Shown piece by piece: positions 50,163 through 63,435 of a stretch of DNA of 64,000 nucleotides (positions are counted from its first letter, which is position 1; every line of letters begins with the position of its first letter). Source of the DNA: Antedon mediterranea (lineage: Eukaryota > Animalia > Echinodermata); the NCBI RefSeq assembly GCF_964355755.1, contig NC_092674.1, forward strand, positions 2,108,001 to 2,172,000, given 5' to 3'. The translations under genes were made by a program, and so were the position numbers. The notes under the pieces are model-generated. The model ran no database searches, had not been told where the DNA came from, and was given only the letters and a program-made list of their open reading frames with translations.

Positions 50163-50834
50163 AAACTAGAAAGCCACTCTGAGAGTGCATACCTCCGCCT
50201 ACTGTAAAATTCTCCTACATAAGATTTCTCCGGTTAAAAAAAATATATATTTGTGTGTGTCTTAATGTTGTTTGTGATTTAGGCTAATTTCACTACAAGC
50301 ATGTGTATGCGTGTTTGGTGTAATGGTTATGTAACAAGCCTTTCAATTAACAATAGCTTCAGTTGACTAACAATAGAACAGCAACGCGAAAATCAAACGA
50401 GTGAACTTGAAAAGAAATAGGTTTTTGAAACTACTAGCATCAACAAATTTGCACATTAAATCAAATTATGTTTGAAAATTACAAATCACAAATTATAACT
50501 CTTGCCTCTTGTACAAAAATGAAGTTTTTTGGACAAGTAGTTCTCGAGAAAATGCAACTTCAGTTTACTTGTTACTTTAAGACTGCTCGCCGGCTTTTGA
50601 AAAATTCTGTCCTATCTTTTAACACTAGCAGGTCTGAAACGTATACTAAAAAGTGGTCCAGAATTGGGACCATGGTCCCAAATGGTCCCAAAATGGAATG
50701 GTCCTTGACCACATATTTATCTGTATATTCATTTTGGTAAAGATCTTGTAATTATTTTTTGAGTAATCCTGCTAACTAACAAACAAACAAACAAACACAC
50801 GCTACCGATTACATATACATCCTTGGCGGAGGTA
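50163..50834 (-). mobile_element. Non-autonomous Helentron-type (HINE/DINE-like) element
   Basis: - strand: TT-ACCTCCGCCAAGG, (GTTT)n microsatellite, 3' subterminal inverted repeat GGCGGAGGTA, hairpin CACTCT-C-AGAGTG, end CTAG-TTT. Confidence 0.72.
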
Positions 50835-51955
50835 AAAAAATAAAAAATAAACCTAGAGTATATAATTATATAGTTAAGGATAACAAATTACAGTAGTTCG
50901 ACCTTCAAACGTAAAATATCTAGGCTTGCAATTACGGCGAAGACAAACTAAGGTTAGCCGTATCTGTGTCTTATCCTGGATCTGATACAGTTATTAAAGT
51001 TGATATTTGCTACAAGATAGCAATGTCGGAATCAATTCTGTAAGCAATTTGTAAGACATTTCGCAATCATTTTACCTCAGAACTTTGTGACATCTTATTT
51101 CCAACGTGATTTGTGATAGTTTGTATTAAAGAGGAAATACGTTTTTTAGAAATATATGAATGAAGCTATGAGTAAAAGGTCTATATTAATACTGTTTAAC
51201 TTTATAATAAATAACATATCAATTTAAAGTTGTAATTACATATAACTTCATCATAACAATATTAATAAAAAAAGAAAATATTTCCATAGTTGTCTTAACA
51301 CTGCTGCCAATCTATAGATTAGATTAACTTTTAGGCTAATTCTCTTTTTGTTATTTTTATGTGTGTTTTAAAATTTATTATATTTTCATCCCGTAATTGG
51401 TGTATACACTGTTGGATGTGAAATAATACAATAAAAAATAACATAATAAATAATACTAAAAAATAAGAAGAAATAAACGTTGACTAGTTGACTAGTATGT
51501 TGTTTCATTTTCTGTGAAAGCTAAATGAATTGTAGAGCCCATGGTTGAGATTACTACTAAGTCATGTCCTAAATAATAGGGGAAAACCCTTCTTTTTTTT
51601 TCGATTACACAGTAGTTCACACAATATCTGTATTAACTCTTTATAAAAAACTTATTCAAAGATTGCAATAAATTTAACAATAAACTTAATAATCCATTCA
51701 CTGCACAACTAATAATAAATCTTAAACGAAAATAACAATGTTTTTTTTTTTATTTTCACTTATAAACTTTTATATTTCGTTCAGCATTGTCTACTGGCCC
51801 GTTTAGCCTACTGTAATATCTTCTTTCTTTTCCCTTAACAATAACATTTTTATTGCAGTGTTATCATTGTTTATGTTTCTTCGTTTCCGTTATAAAATAT
51901 ATTTTTGGCTTATCAGATTATTACCTTCATCTTTGTTTAATTATTTTTTTTTCAG

Positions 51956-52091
51956 TCTGGTAGTGAGCACATCGGTGATATGCTTTCTGGGATGCACAAT
52001 TGGTATGCGTGCTCCCATGCGAGACCGACCTATTGCAATGTATGTCGGGAAGCGCTACCTGGTGTTACATCACACGGACTGTCCTGTGAAG
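51956..52091 (+). CDS. DGKD: DGK type II exon 6 (C1A)
   Basis: [35 protein letters not shown], nearly identical to recalled DGKD/H C1A. Confidence 0.95.
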
Positions 52092-52541
52092 GTATTATAA
52101 TTAAAAAAGTACTCTATTACCGTATATCCTCTGGTATAATCCCACCCCCTGGTATAATCCCACCCCTCTAGAACACAAAATTTGGGCCGACTTTAGGGGG
52201 TGGGACTACACCTGTGGAAACTCTCAAGACTATACCCACAGTATATTAAAGATGCATATTTTATTGTACGATTTCTTGGGATGTTGATAAATGCATAATA
52301 TACATAAAGCTCTGTCTGTCTACATACACTATCAAACTAGTTTGACAAAAAAAAGTGTGATGTGCCCAAATATGGTGGTGATATGCCTAAATATGGTAGT
52401 GATATGCATAAATATGGTTACTGTTAGTGATATGCCTAAATAGGGTAGTGATATGACATCATCATGTCCATATATGGGCACATCACATTTTTTTGTAAAA
52501 TAAAGTTTGATAGTGTAGACTTATACTTATCTTATTGACAG

Positions 52542-52651
52542 TTTGTAAATTTAAAGCACATAAACGATGCGCTGTGCGTGCTGGAAACAACTGCAAATGG
52601 ACGACTTTAGCATCCATTGGAAAGGACATCATTGAAGAGGATGATGGTGGA
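52542..52651 (+). CDS. DGKD: DGK type II exon 7 (C1A end)
   Basis: [37 protein letters not shown]; phase 1 in, phase 0 out; gtaagt donor. Confidence 0.95.
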
Positions 52652-54210
52652 GTAAGTATATCATTATCTTTATTTAATTGTTTTTGTCTTAATCACCCTG
52701 TAGCATTATCATCATCTTGTATCATTATCATAATCATCATTAGCATTATCTTTAAAATATGATTTTGCCACAAATGATATTAAAGTGAATATCCTGTGTA
52801 GTTTAAAGGCCAATTTACACAGACGAGTGGTAACGGTAGGTGCAAAACTGCATAACTTGTCCACATAGAATCTGTATCTATGCTAAGCGGAAACAGCCCA
52901 TCCGCTCCACGTTGTGTACAAATGGTCATAAGGAATAACATATATTCTTTATTTGTATTATGGTTAACACTCGTCTATGTAAATTTTCATTTATTGTAAA
53001 ATTATGGCAAGTTTAATCATGAAGACATTGTTGGTGTAGCTTTAATTGGCTAAATCCTGAGCATCTCATCACCTTTTATAAAGCCTTGTCAACACTATGA
53101 AACTTTATGTGACAAAAAAATGCCCATATATGGACATGATGATATCAAACTAGTTTGATAGTGTAGACAGAGCTTAACAATAACTTGTTCACTGTTACAT
53201 GTATCAGTTATAAACTTCAGTTGTTTTACCTGTTGAAGGCTGTACAGCTTTGGAATCGAAATACAGAGAATATTAATTTATTGTTATGAGTGTAATTTAT
53301 ATTAACATGATAGATTCAAAGCTACTTAATGGATATAATAAGAAGTATGTAGTAGATTGCTTAGCTTGTGTACATATATTGATACAAGTTATTTAGTACG
53401 TCTGCTTGGAAACCACCACGTTGAGTGTCGTTACCATTAAATTAAAATCTATAAGGCAACTGACAAATATTCATATTGATTGTACATTAACGACACGAAT
53501 CACATGCAGAGATGAGACTTTTAGTCGATAATAATTGCGTTGTAACTCAGCTAGAGTGACTTAAGCAAAAAGCATCGTTGGTTTTCATTACGGTCGTTTT
53601 CATCAGGGGGTTGCATGATTGTAGACATTAAGTATTCTTGCCAACGTTTATAAATTTAAACATTCTATGAGTTCGACATTTTATTGGCTAAATGATGCGT
53701 TATTAGTCCAATGATAATCCTCATTATCAGGATAATGACCCGATTGAGAAATAGACTTCGCTGAATCGCAGATCGAACGTGACTTTGTGGGCATGTAAAT
53801 TTGATATTACGGCACGGTACTTCAAACCATACTATGCTATTACAACAAGTATGCACACCCCCACAGTTCGTTGCTCTACTTTTTTAAGCTGAGCATCGAT
53901 TTGGTTGGAAGTAGGGATGATTTATTGAAAATAATTTCTATCTGAAGGTGGAGGAGGACTGCAATATTAAATATCAGTCTGCTTTCAAATTTAGAAATCA
54001 TTTGACTTCTAATTTCAATGAAAAAATAAGTAATATCAATACTGTACATTGAAAGTAAATACTAGAATATATAAGAAATATAATAAATAAATCCAAAGGC
54101 AAATTACTGAAAAAATGACAATGCTGTGGGTATCAGTGGCTGGATCTCAATGTAGATAAAAAAAAAGCGAAAAGATAAATCAAAACGATAAAGTAAAACA
54201 GCCAGAAAAA

Positions 54211-54250
54211 TTAGCAGAGCTTTCGGGCAACACTATAGCCCTTCATCAGT
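54211..54250 (-). ncRNA. Minimal type I hammerhead ribozyme core (Penelope-like/retrozyme type)
   Basis: - strand A CTGATGA A GGGC TATAGTGTT GCCC GAAA GCTC TGCTAA: exact CUGAUGA and GAAA boxes, 4-bp stem II, palindromic AGCU stem III, UC cleavage site; the 5' arm of stem I is lost. Confidence 0.7.
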
Positions 54251-55589
54251 AAAATAAATAATTATAAATACCGACCAATCAATGGACCATTGTATTTTAG
54301 GCAACAAATTAATGTTTAAAGCACTCTTTGATCAAACTTGGTTTTACTCATTCACATTTATTTTATTTATTTATTTATAACTTCACAATTTCAATATATA
54401 TAATTGATTGCAAGGATAATAATAATTCAACATTTATTAGTTTCTATCAATGGTATAACAATATAATAAAAAAGAATGATAATTTATAATGAGAAAATAC
54501 AAAAAATACCATTAATAGAGGATCTTGCAAGAAGAGAATACTTGTCACGCAAGACCCATAAACAAAACAAAAAAATACATTTGTATATAATTATTAAGAT
54601 CCTGTATAAAAGAAGTTAACCATTCTGTTTTTGCAAGAAAGACGACACAACATAAATAAAATAAAAGTGATATCATTGTTTCCTTTTGCAGATTTTGTCA
54701 TAAAAATGATAATTTCTCTTTTGTGTGTTGTAGACTTTTTAGACTCCTTCTATTGAATGGATATTAAATACTGTAATCCTAATTCTTTCTGATCCTATTA
54801 GAATTTACATAACAAAAACTTATGGCTCAAAACTGATTTAATTTGATCACTCCTAAATATCAAATAACAAATATTGCATGTATAACAGATTATTTCTAAG
54901 AACATTAAATCTTTTATGATGCATATTTTGTATCATTTATTGTTTTATTTTTTTAATTTATGTAATCATTATTTTAAGGAGAGAATAATTCAAACAATAC
55001 ATTTTTTTAAGCTAACATTTTCTAATTGATAAGCTCTGCATTTATTTTTAGAATATTGCCAGCACTTTTTTCAAATTATTCTTCCATTTTTTTCTTTCCC
55101 TTTATTGTTTATTCTTTCTCTTTTATTTTTTTCTCTTTTGCTTTTTTATTTATATCTTTTGTTTGGTTTTCTTTTTGCCTATTAATTCATGTAATATTAT
55201 ACAATCGCATTGGCTACTATCTAGTAGATGACATTCAAACATTTGCGACTTCTATCTGACTTAGTTTAAACTAATCTACACCATTCATATCAAACCTTAC
55301 CTGTCATCAACGATAGATGCTATTGACGTCATGGCAACAGATTCCCATTTCTCTCTGACAGTCGTTGTTACTGATACAATAAAGCACATTGTCACGCTTG
55401 GATGCATCCACTTCCGTTTGATGTGTTCAGCAGTTTGAAGACAACCGTTTTATCAGTCGCATCATTACCGTCATTATATTTTATATGGTTGTTTTTTAGA
55501 GTACATGTAATTATGTTGCTGCTATGTCAAGATTAATCCAAACATTAGTAGAGATACAGTACTGTACATGATAGTGCTTCTACTGTACC

Positions 55590-57765
55590 AACTACATTTG
55601 ATTGAATAAACACACTGTACTCGCAACTAAACTACATTTGATACAATAACACACTGTACTCGACACTAAACTACATTTGATACAATAACACACTGTATTC
55701 GCAACTAAACTACATTTGATAGAATAACGCACTGTACTCGCAACTAAACTACATTTGATACAATAACACACTGTACTCGCAACTAAACTACATTTGATAG
55801 AATAACACACTGTACTCGCAACTAAACTACATTTGATACAATAACACACTGTACTCGCAACTAAACTACATTTGATACAATAACACACTGTACTCGCAAC
55901 TAAACTACATTTGATAGAATAACTTACTGTACTCGCAACTAAACCACATTTGATACAATAACACACTGTACTCGCAACTAAACTACATTTGATAGAATAA
56001 CACACTGTACTCGCAACTAAACTACATTTGATACAATAACACACTGTACTCGCAACTAAACTACATTTGATAGAATAACGCACTGTACTCGCAACTAAAC
56101 TACATTTGATAGAATAACACACTGTACTCGCAACTAAACTACATTTGATACAATAACACACTGTACTCGCAACTAAACTACATTTGATACAATAACACAC
56201 TGTACTCGCAACTAAACTACATTTGATAGAATAACGCACTGTACTCGCAACTAAACTACATTTGATACAATAACACACTGTACTCGCAACTAAACTACAT
56301 TTGATACAATAACACACTGTACTCGCAACTAAACTACATTTGATACAATAACACACTGTACTCGCAACTAAACTACATTTGATACAATAACACACTGTAC
56401 TCGCAACTAAACTACATTTGATACAATAACACACTGTACTCGCAACTAAACTACATTTGATACAATAACACACTGTACTCGCAACTAAACTACATTTGAT
56501 ACAATAACACACTGTACTCGCAACTAAACTACAATTGATAGAATAACGCACTGTACTCGCAACTAAACTACATTTGATACAATAACACACTGTACTCTCA
56601 ACTAAACTACATTTGATAGAATAACACACTCTACTCGCAACTAAACTACATTTGATACAATAACACACTGTACTCGCAACTAAACTACATTTGATACAAT
56701 AACACACTGTACTCGCAACTAAACTACATTTGATACAATAACACACTGTACTCGCAACTAAACTACATTTGATAGAATAACGCACTGTACTCGCAACTAA
56801 ACTACATTTGATAGAATAACGCACTGTACTCGCAACTAAACTACATTTGATAGAATAACGCACTGTACTCGCAACTAAACTACATTTGATAGAATAACGC
56901 ACTGTACTCGCAACTAAACTACATTTGATAGAATAACACACTGTACTCGCAACTAAACTACATTTGATAGAATAACGCACTGTATCGCAACTAAACTACA
57001 TTTGATACAATAACACACTGTACTCGCAACTAAACTACATTTGATACAATAACACACTGTACTCGCAACTAAACTACATTTGATACAATAACACACTGTA
57101 CTCGCAACTAAACTACATTTGATACAATAACACACTGTACTCGCAACTAAACTACATTTGATAGAATAACACACTGTACTCGCAACTAAACTACATTTGA
57201 TACAATAACACACTGTACTCGCAACTAAACTACATTTGATACAATAACACACTGTACTCGCAACTAAACTACATTTGATACAATAACACACTGTACTCGC
57301 AACTAAACTACATTTGATACAATAACACACTGTACTCGCAACTAAACTACATTTGATAGAATAACACACTGTACTCGCAACTAAACTACATTTGATACAA
57401 TAACACACTGTACTCGCAACTAAACTACATTTGATAGAATAACACACTGTACTCGCAACTAAACTACATTTGATAGAATAACTTACTGTACTCGCAACTA
57501 AACTACATTTGATACAATAACACACTGTACTCGCAACTAAACTACATTTGATAGAATAACGCACTGTACTCGCAACTAAACTACATTTGATAGAATAACA
57601 CACTGTACTCGCAACTAAACTACATTTGATAGAATAACACACTGTACTCGCAACTAAACTACATTTGATACAATAACACACTGTACTCGCAACTAAACTA
57701 CATTTGATAGAATAACGCACTGTACTCGCAACTAAACTACATTTGATAGAATAACGCACTGTACT
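55590..57765. repeat. 39-bp satellite, about 56 copies, in DGK intron 7
   Basis: Unit AACTACATTTGATA(C/G)AATAAC(A/G)CACTGTACTCGCAACTA. Confidence 0.97.
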
Positions 57766-58796
57766 TGAAAACAAATCATCATGTGGATGTTGAAGTCATT
57801 GATATTTGACTGTTATGCGTTGTTTCGTTTTTTTAGTAATCTTTATCAATTTCTATTATTTAATTTAATACACATTATGAAGTATTTAGTAGTAACAAGT
57901 CCAAAATGATTAATATTACGTGTACTGATTGTCAGCATTAAGTTGTGAGGTCTGTGGTTTTGTTATAATTCATATGCGAATATTATACATGTTTCAAAGT
58001 CTATTGCCCATCAGATTATCAACAGACAGATTAGCAGTGGCTTCAGTAATAATTTTTCCAAGAAAATTACATGATTGTTATTAGTAACATTAACTTGAAG
58101 TAAATCCGATATAAAGTATTATTAATTATATTATGTTGACAGGTTTTGTGCTTAAAAACATCTATTTTTCATTCTGCAATCTCTGTCAGAATCTTAATAG
58201 AAACTTTACTCTACTTCTTACAACAACATATTTTATATTTTGATTCTCTTAAATCAAAGGTAAACATGAAAAAGGAAATAATATTGTCTAGAGCTGAATG
58301 TGTATAGTGTGTAAAATGAGAACATTAAATCATGTTATTACATTCCCATGTTTAAAAGTAGCATTCACTATGACTAGTTAGTATGTGACAGAAATCTTAA
58401 TTTGCTTTTATTAATAGGATAATTTCTTAAACAAATGAGGGTCACAATTACATAAACTAAAATATTTATCTCCCATCCATCCAAACATCCAATAATCTGT
58501 CCTTTCCGACCGACCCACTCATTCCATTCTATCCATCTACTGTATCTATCTATCTGTCTGTAACTACTTTCTTAAGCTCTGTCTACACTATCTAACTTTA
58601 TGTAAAACAATGATGTGCCCATATGTAGACATGATGATGTCATATCACTATCATATTTGGGCACATCACACTTTTTTGGTCAAACTAGTTTGATATTGCA
58701 GACAGAGCATAACTAACTTTGTCTTATCACATTATAAAACTGATTATAATTGCATTTGATTTAATTAGTGATTTTAATTCCTGTTTTTTTTTTTAG

Positions 58797-58922
58797 TTAA
58801 CCATGCCTCATCAATGGTTAGAGGGTAATTTACCTGTCAGCGCTAAATGTGCTGTCTGTGAGAAAACATGTGGAAGCGTGTTACGCTTGCAGGATTCACG
58901 ATGTTTATGGTGCAAAACAATG
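58797..58922 (+). CDS. DGKD: DGK type II exon 8 (C1B)
   Basis: [42 protein letters not shown]; ttttag acceptor and gtgagt donor. Confidence 0.95.
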
Positions 58923-59263
58923 GTGAGTAAAAACAAACTGTTTTATGATAATAATCTAAATATTCAAGAGACACTCTTTACTAAAATAATATCAAACAAA
59001 GTCCCAACAACGTTAAAAATGGTTTTACCAGAAAAAAATGAAACTTCAAAAAACCAAAACAAAGTTTGTATCAGAAGCTATGGTACATACACTACAGATA
59101 TGTGGAATGACAAACGAAAGTTCAAACAATCTATCGCCTATGATTGGTCAAATTACTTGCATTGTGCGTACATATACTTGCGTTGTGTCCAAATGGAAAC
59201 CAAGCTTTATACATAAAAAAAGTGCAATTTAAATTGTCTTAAGTCTAATTCTTTCCTCCTTAG

Positions 59264-59526
59264 GTGCATACAGTTTGTAAACCACATTTTGCCAAAAAGT
59301 GCCCCCTAGGTCAATGTAAATTATCGATCATCCCACCAATCACCTTAAACTGTATTGACTCCGATGGCTACTGGCAGGCTAGTAGACACGGATGCAATAG
59401 CCCCCTCCTAGTGTTTGTTAACTCGAAAAGTGGAGACAACCAAGGTGTAAAGTTTCTGCGTAGATTCAAACAGTTACTGAATCCGGCTCAAGTGTTTGAC
59501 CTCATGAACAGTGGACCGAGATTAGG
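59264..59526 (+). CDS. DGKD: DGK type II exon 9 (C1B end, catalytic domain start)
   Basis: VHTVCK...CPLGQCK...[35 protein letters not shown]; phase 2 donor gg|gtacgt. Confidence 0.95.
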
Positions 59527-59808
59527 GTACGTATTTTTTCACTTTTTCAATTTCATAAGAGTGAGAGGTACAGTCATAGCGGTAATAGTACAGTCAATAT
59601 TGGACAAATTTTGTTCTGGTATTCCAAATGTGTTCAAGTTTCCAGCTTTCAGATAGTCCAGTATGGGTAAGGTAAACTGAAACATATTCATATTCATGGT
59701 CAAACACAGTCAAATATAGTACATGGTTAAGTTGAAATTATTTTTGTTTGTTTAAAGTTTAAAATTCCCATAAAAATTTGAAAGGTTAAAATTTCATAAA
59801 ACACAAAT

Positions 59809-60060
59809 AAAATACATGGTTTAAAATACATGGTTTAAAATACATGGTTTAAAATACACGGTTTAAAATACATGGTTTAAAATACATGGTTTAAAATACA
59901 TGGTTTAAAATACATGGTTTAAAATAAATGGTTTAAAATACATGGTTTAAAATACATGGTTTAAAATACATGGTTTAAAATACATGGTTTAAAATACATG
60001 GTTTAAAATACATGGTTTAAAATACATGGTTTAAAATACATGGTTTAAAATACATGGTTA
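59809..60060. repeat. 15-bp tandem repeat, about 17 copies
   Basis: Unit AAAATACATGGTTTA. Confidence 0.95.
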
Positions 60061-60399
60061 ATATATACTTTATTCATCTTTGCTGTACCTGATGTAAAGG
60101 GAAAGTCCCTAATGCTTCTTCTCATCTTCACTTTAATTATCTGTACTGTCACTAAGCACTCTGTTTGAGGAAATGTGATGTATTAATAACTCTTTCTAAT
60201 ATTATTATGTTGCTCGCAAAGTAATATTAACAATTTATTGGCGAGGAAATTCTGCTTATATAACATACTAATCATATCAATTTGTAAGGACATGTGTTTA
60301 TGTAACCTCTATGTGGGCTGATGATACTGCTGGTAAATAAGACATGATTGTTAATTACATGATTGTTTTACACTTTACGTTAAATATTCACCTGACATG

Positions 60400-62188
60400 C
60401 AGGGCTCGATTTATCTTTTTCATGTTGCTAGCCCACTGGGCTAGTTCACTGTAGATTTCACTAGCCCATACATTATTTTACTAGCCCACTCTTATTATCG
60501 CACCGTGATAGCAGGGCCGCCATATAAATGAATTCAGGCATTTTGTACAATAGAGGGCGCACTAATCTAAACGCTCGAGAATTGCTAAACATTTACATAA
60601 ATACTGTGTTATGCGCGATTTGAACGATTTGCGCAATTTAAAATTGCGCAAGAATTCTTTGCGCAAGGATTTTCTTGCGCAATATTAAATTGCTAACTGT
60701 TTGTTATTTTTATTATTGTACTCATTTGTTGTTGAAAATGGTACCGAAAGGTCAATCTTTTTTGTCATTAAATTTAATTTTTAAGTTAAATAGTAAACGT
60801 CTAATAATTCGTAATAATTATTGTTTCTAAAAAAAATCCAATCGTTATTAGTCTTATTAATCGTCATTAGTACTGATATTTGAATTGAAATTATTATATT
60901 ACTATTGGTATTTATTTATGCCTTCTCCTCATATTATGTGTGAATATGGTATTTTATTGAACCATTGGGAATTCGAGATTTTTTTTATTCGTCAAAAAAA
61001 ATTCGGGAGGGAGGCTCCCGGGAGGGTAAGGAAATGCGATATTATCTTTAATTTTGAATCATTCTTAGAAATTACTAACAAAATATGGGTGTGCATGATT
61101 TCACAATCTGTCGAAAAACCTTGCGCAATTTGCAGATTACTTGCGCAATTTAATACGTTGCTTGCGCAATTTGAAACACATGTTTCAATTTAAAATTGCG
61201 CAAAAAAATCCTTGCGCAATTTCAAATTGCGCAAATCGTTCAAATCGCGCATAACAACTGTATTAAACTATTAATAATATTGCATGAAAAATTACACAAA
61301 ATTGTATTTCTTTATTGTTCACATTATAAAAATTAACTTTGCGTCGCGACGCATAGTCTATTTCATGCTCACCATATTCACAGAATCGATTTATTGAGGT
61401 CTTTTTGTTGTTGGGCTTCAACCTAGCCAAGAAAACTAATTAGATTCTGTCTACCTTAGGCTAGGCCTAGGGAGCCTATTATTTATAGTAGGGTAGCTAG
61501 GATAGACGTGTAGAGGCCTACCTAGCCTAGCTAGCCTAGATCGCATTGGAGCACCTGGCCTACTCTACTCAACTGTTACCAAAATGGTAGTATCTAGCTA
61601 GGCCTAGCTGCTGAGCAGCCATCACGATGCCAAACGATGGCTTTTGATTCTATCTAAGCCTACGCATATTATAAAATATGGCCTCCATGGCCTACCTACA
61701 GGGATAGAGCCAGCCACCCGGCCCTACAAAATATCCCTAGCTTTGATCTGTGACAACCAGGCCTGACAAGACTAGACAAGTTATTTTTAACATTGACAAA
61801 ATTCTACTACATTTGGCCAATCACAGTTCGTTATTTATGGTCATATTTTTGTGACACGTTTGACCTGATAATGAAGCTCCGCCTACTTCACAATAACCTG
61901 GGTGACAAAAACATAAATGGCCAATCATAATTCGGAAAATTTGCTTGATTATGAGAGGCTCCGCCTACATCATCACTTGTTACGGCCACAGCAGCGCGCG
62001 AGTGGTTTTTTTGCTGATGTTGCCAAGACATGTCTTTTATTCTGGAGTTATTTTTATGAGGTCATTTCGTCCCAATTTCGAGTTCCCACAACCTACTAGC
62101 CATCCGGGCTTAAAGGAAGATACTTTAGGTAGCCCGGAGCTGTTTTTACTAGCCATTGTACGCCGGGCTAGCACTAAATCGAGCCCTG
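60400..62188. mobile_element. Non-autonomous hAT-like element, 5-bp TSD
   Basis: 14-bp TIR CAGGGCTCGATTTA / TAAATCGAGCCCTG; ACATG duplicated at 60395-60399 and 62189-62193; subterminal CTAGCCC repeats. Confidence 0.88.
60604..61260. mobile_element. Tc1/mariner-type MITE nested in the 5-bp-TSD element
   Basis: Long TIR GTTATGCGCGATTTGAACGATTTGCGCAATTT(A/G)AAATTGCGCAAG at both ends, TA flanks, internal TTGCGCAA repeats. Confidence 0.82.
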
Positions 62189-63326
62189 ACATGTGATGTA
62201 GTCGATCTGTTTAACTCTAGAATAACATTTCAGAATGATTTGGGATTAAAACTAATCTGTTAGGATTACAAACTAATCTTCATGATTAAGTACATTACAA
62301 GAATCCTGATTTTCCTGATATTAAATGTGATGAGTTTTAATGTTTGTAATTCATGGGAAGATCTTTGCCGATTGTTGATTGGTAAAGAAAGTAAAAGTGA
62401 CAGGTAAAAATTAAACATTAATTAAATGAGACATTCGCAAAGACTGATAATGTACTGGGTCGGTGTATAGTATTAAGTTCGTCTTACAAAATCTGTAGGC
62501 CAAATAAAAAAGATGTTTAGTAAATCGCATCCTTTCCCTCAGCAAAGCTGCATGATTATTTTTAAGTTTTTGATTTTTTTTTTGAATGGTCGTATTCAGT
62601 AAAAATATTCAATAAAGCCTTTTCTGCACTATCAAACTTTATGTGATAAAAAAAATGTGATGTGCCCACATATGATGTCATATCACTATCATATTTGGAC
62701 ACATCACACTTTGTCAAACTAGTTTGATAGTGTAGACAGGTTTTTATCATTAGGTAAATAGGAAAGTAATTTAAATCCACTTATTAAAAAAAATCAATCC
62801 TAGACAGGAAACTAACATTTTTTTTTTAAATTTTACCAAAACATTAAAAAATTTAAATAATTCTCTTATTTTTGTATGTAGTAAAGTCCACTTTTCCGAA
62901 GCTCTGTCTACACTATCAAACTTTTTTGACAAAACTACTTCCAGAAAACCTGAAATTCTACCAAATCAAGATTTTATTTATTTTGTGTTTGTGCATCCTT
63001 TCTACTCTATTAACTGGAAAATTATTACTTTTATATTGAACCAAAAAAATACATACAAGATTGATACCTTTGGTTCAACAAAAAATAATAATGGAAAATC
63101 ATTACTTTTATATTTAACTAAAATAATGCATACAAGGTTGGTATAAATACCTTTGGTTCAGCAAAAAAGTAATAATTTTCCAGTTAATTATATTCGGAAC
63201 GAGATGAATTTATTTAATAGCTTTCTACTATTTAATGATAAAAACAAAAAAAAACTTTTGGCAATTATTTTAAGAAATACTATTTATTAATATTTGTTGT
63301 ATTTGTTTCTTTATATTTACTTGTAG

Positions 63327-63435
63327 ACTGAGATTATTCAAGAAATTTGATACATTCCGTATCCTTGTCTGTGGTGGAGATGGCAGTGTGGGTTGGGTAC
63401 TAACTCAGATAGATAAAATGGATCTTCACAAACAG
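63327..63435 (+). CDS. DGKD: DGK type II exon 10 (DAGKc GGDG motif); gene continues beyond the window
   Basis: [36 protein letters not shown]; ttgtag acceptor and cag|gtaac donor. Confidence 0.95.

Noticed and set aside
53580-53610. Hammerhead-like CTGATGA...GAAA on the - strand (also CTGATGA near 29817, 31991, 45091, 60338)
   Set aside because: No stem II pairing or cleavage-site context.
55592-57774. Cys-rich 462-aa and 273-aa ORFs on the - strand
   Set aside because: Artefact of a 39-bp (13-codon) satellite lacking stops in one frame; broken by a 1-bp deletion, with no unique flanking coding sequence.
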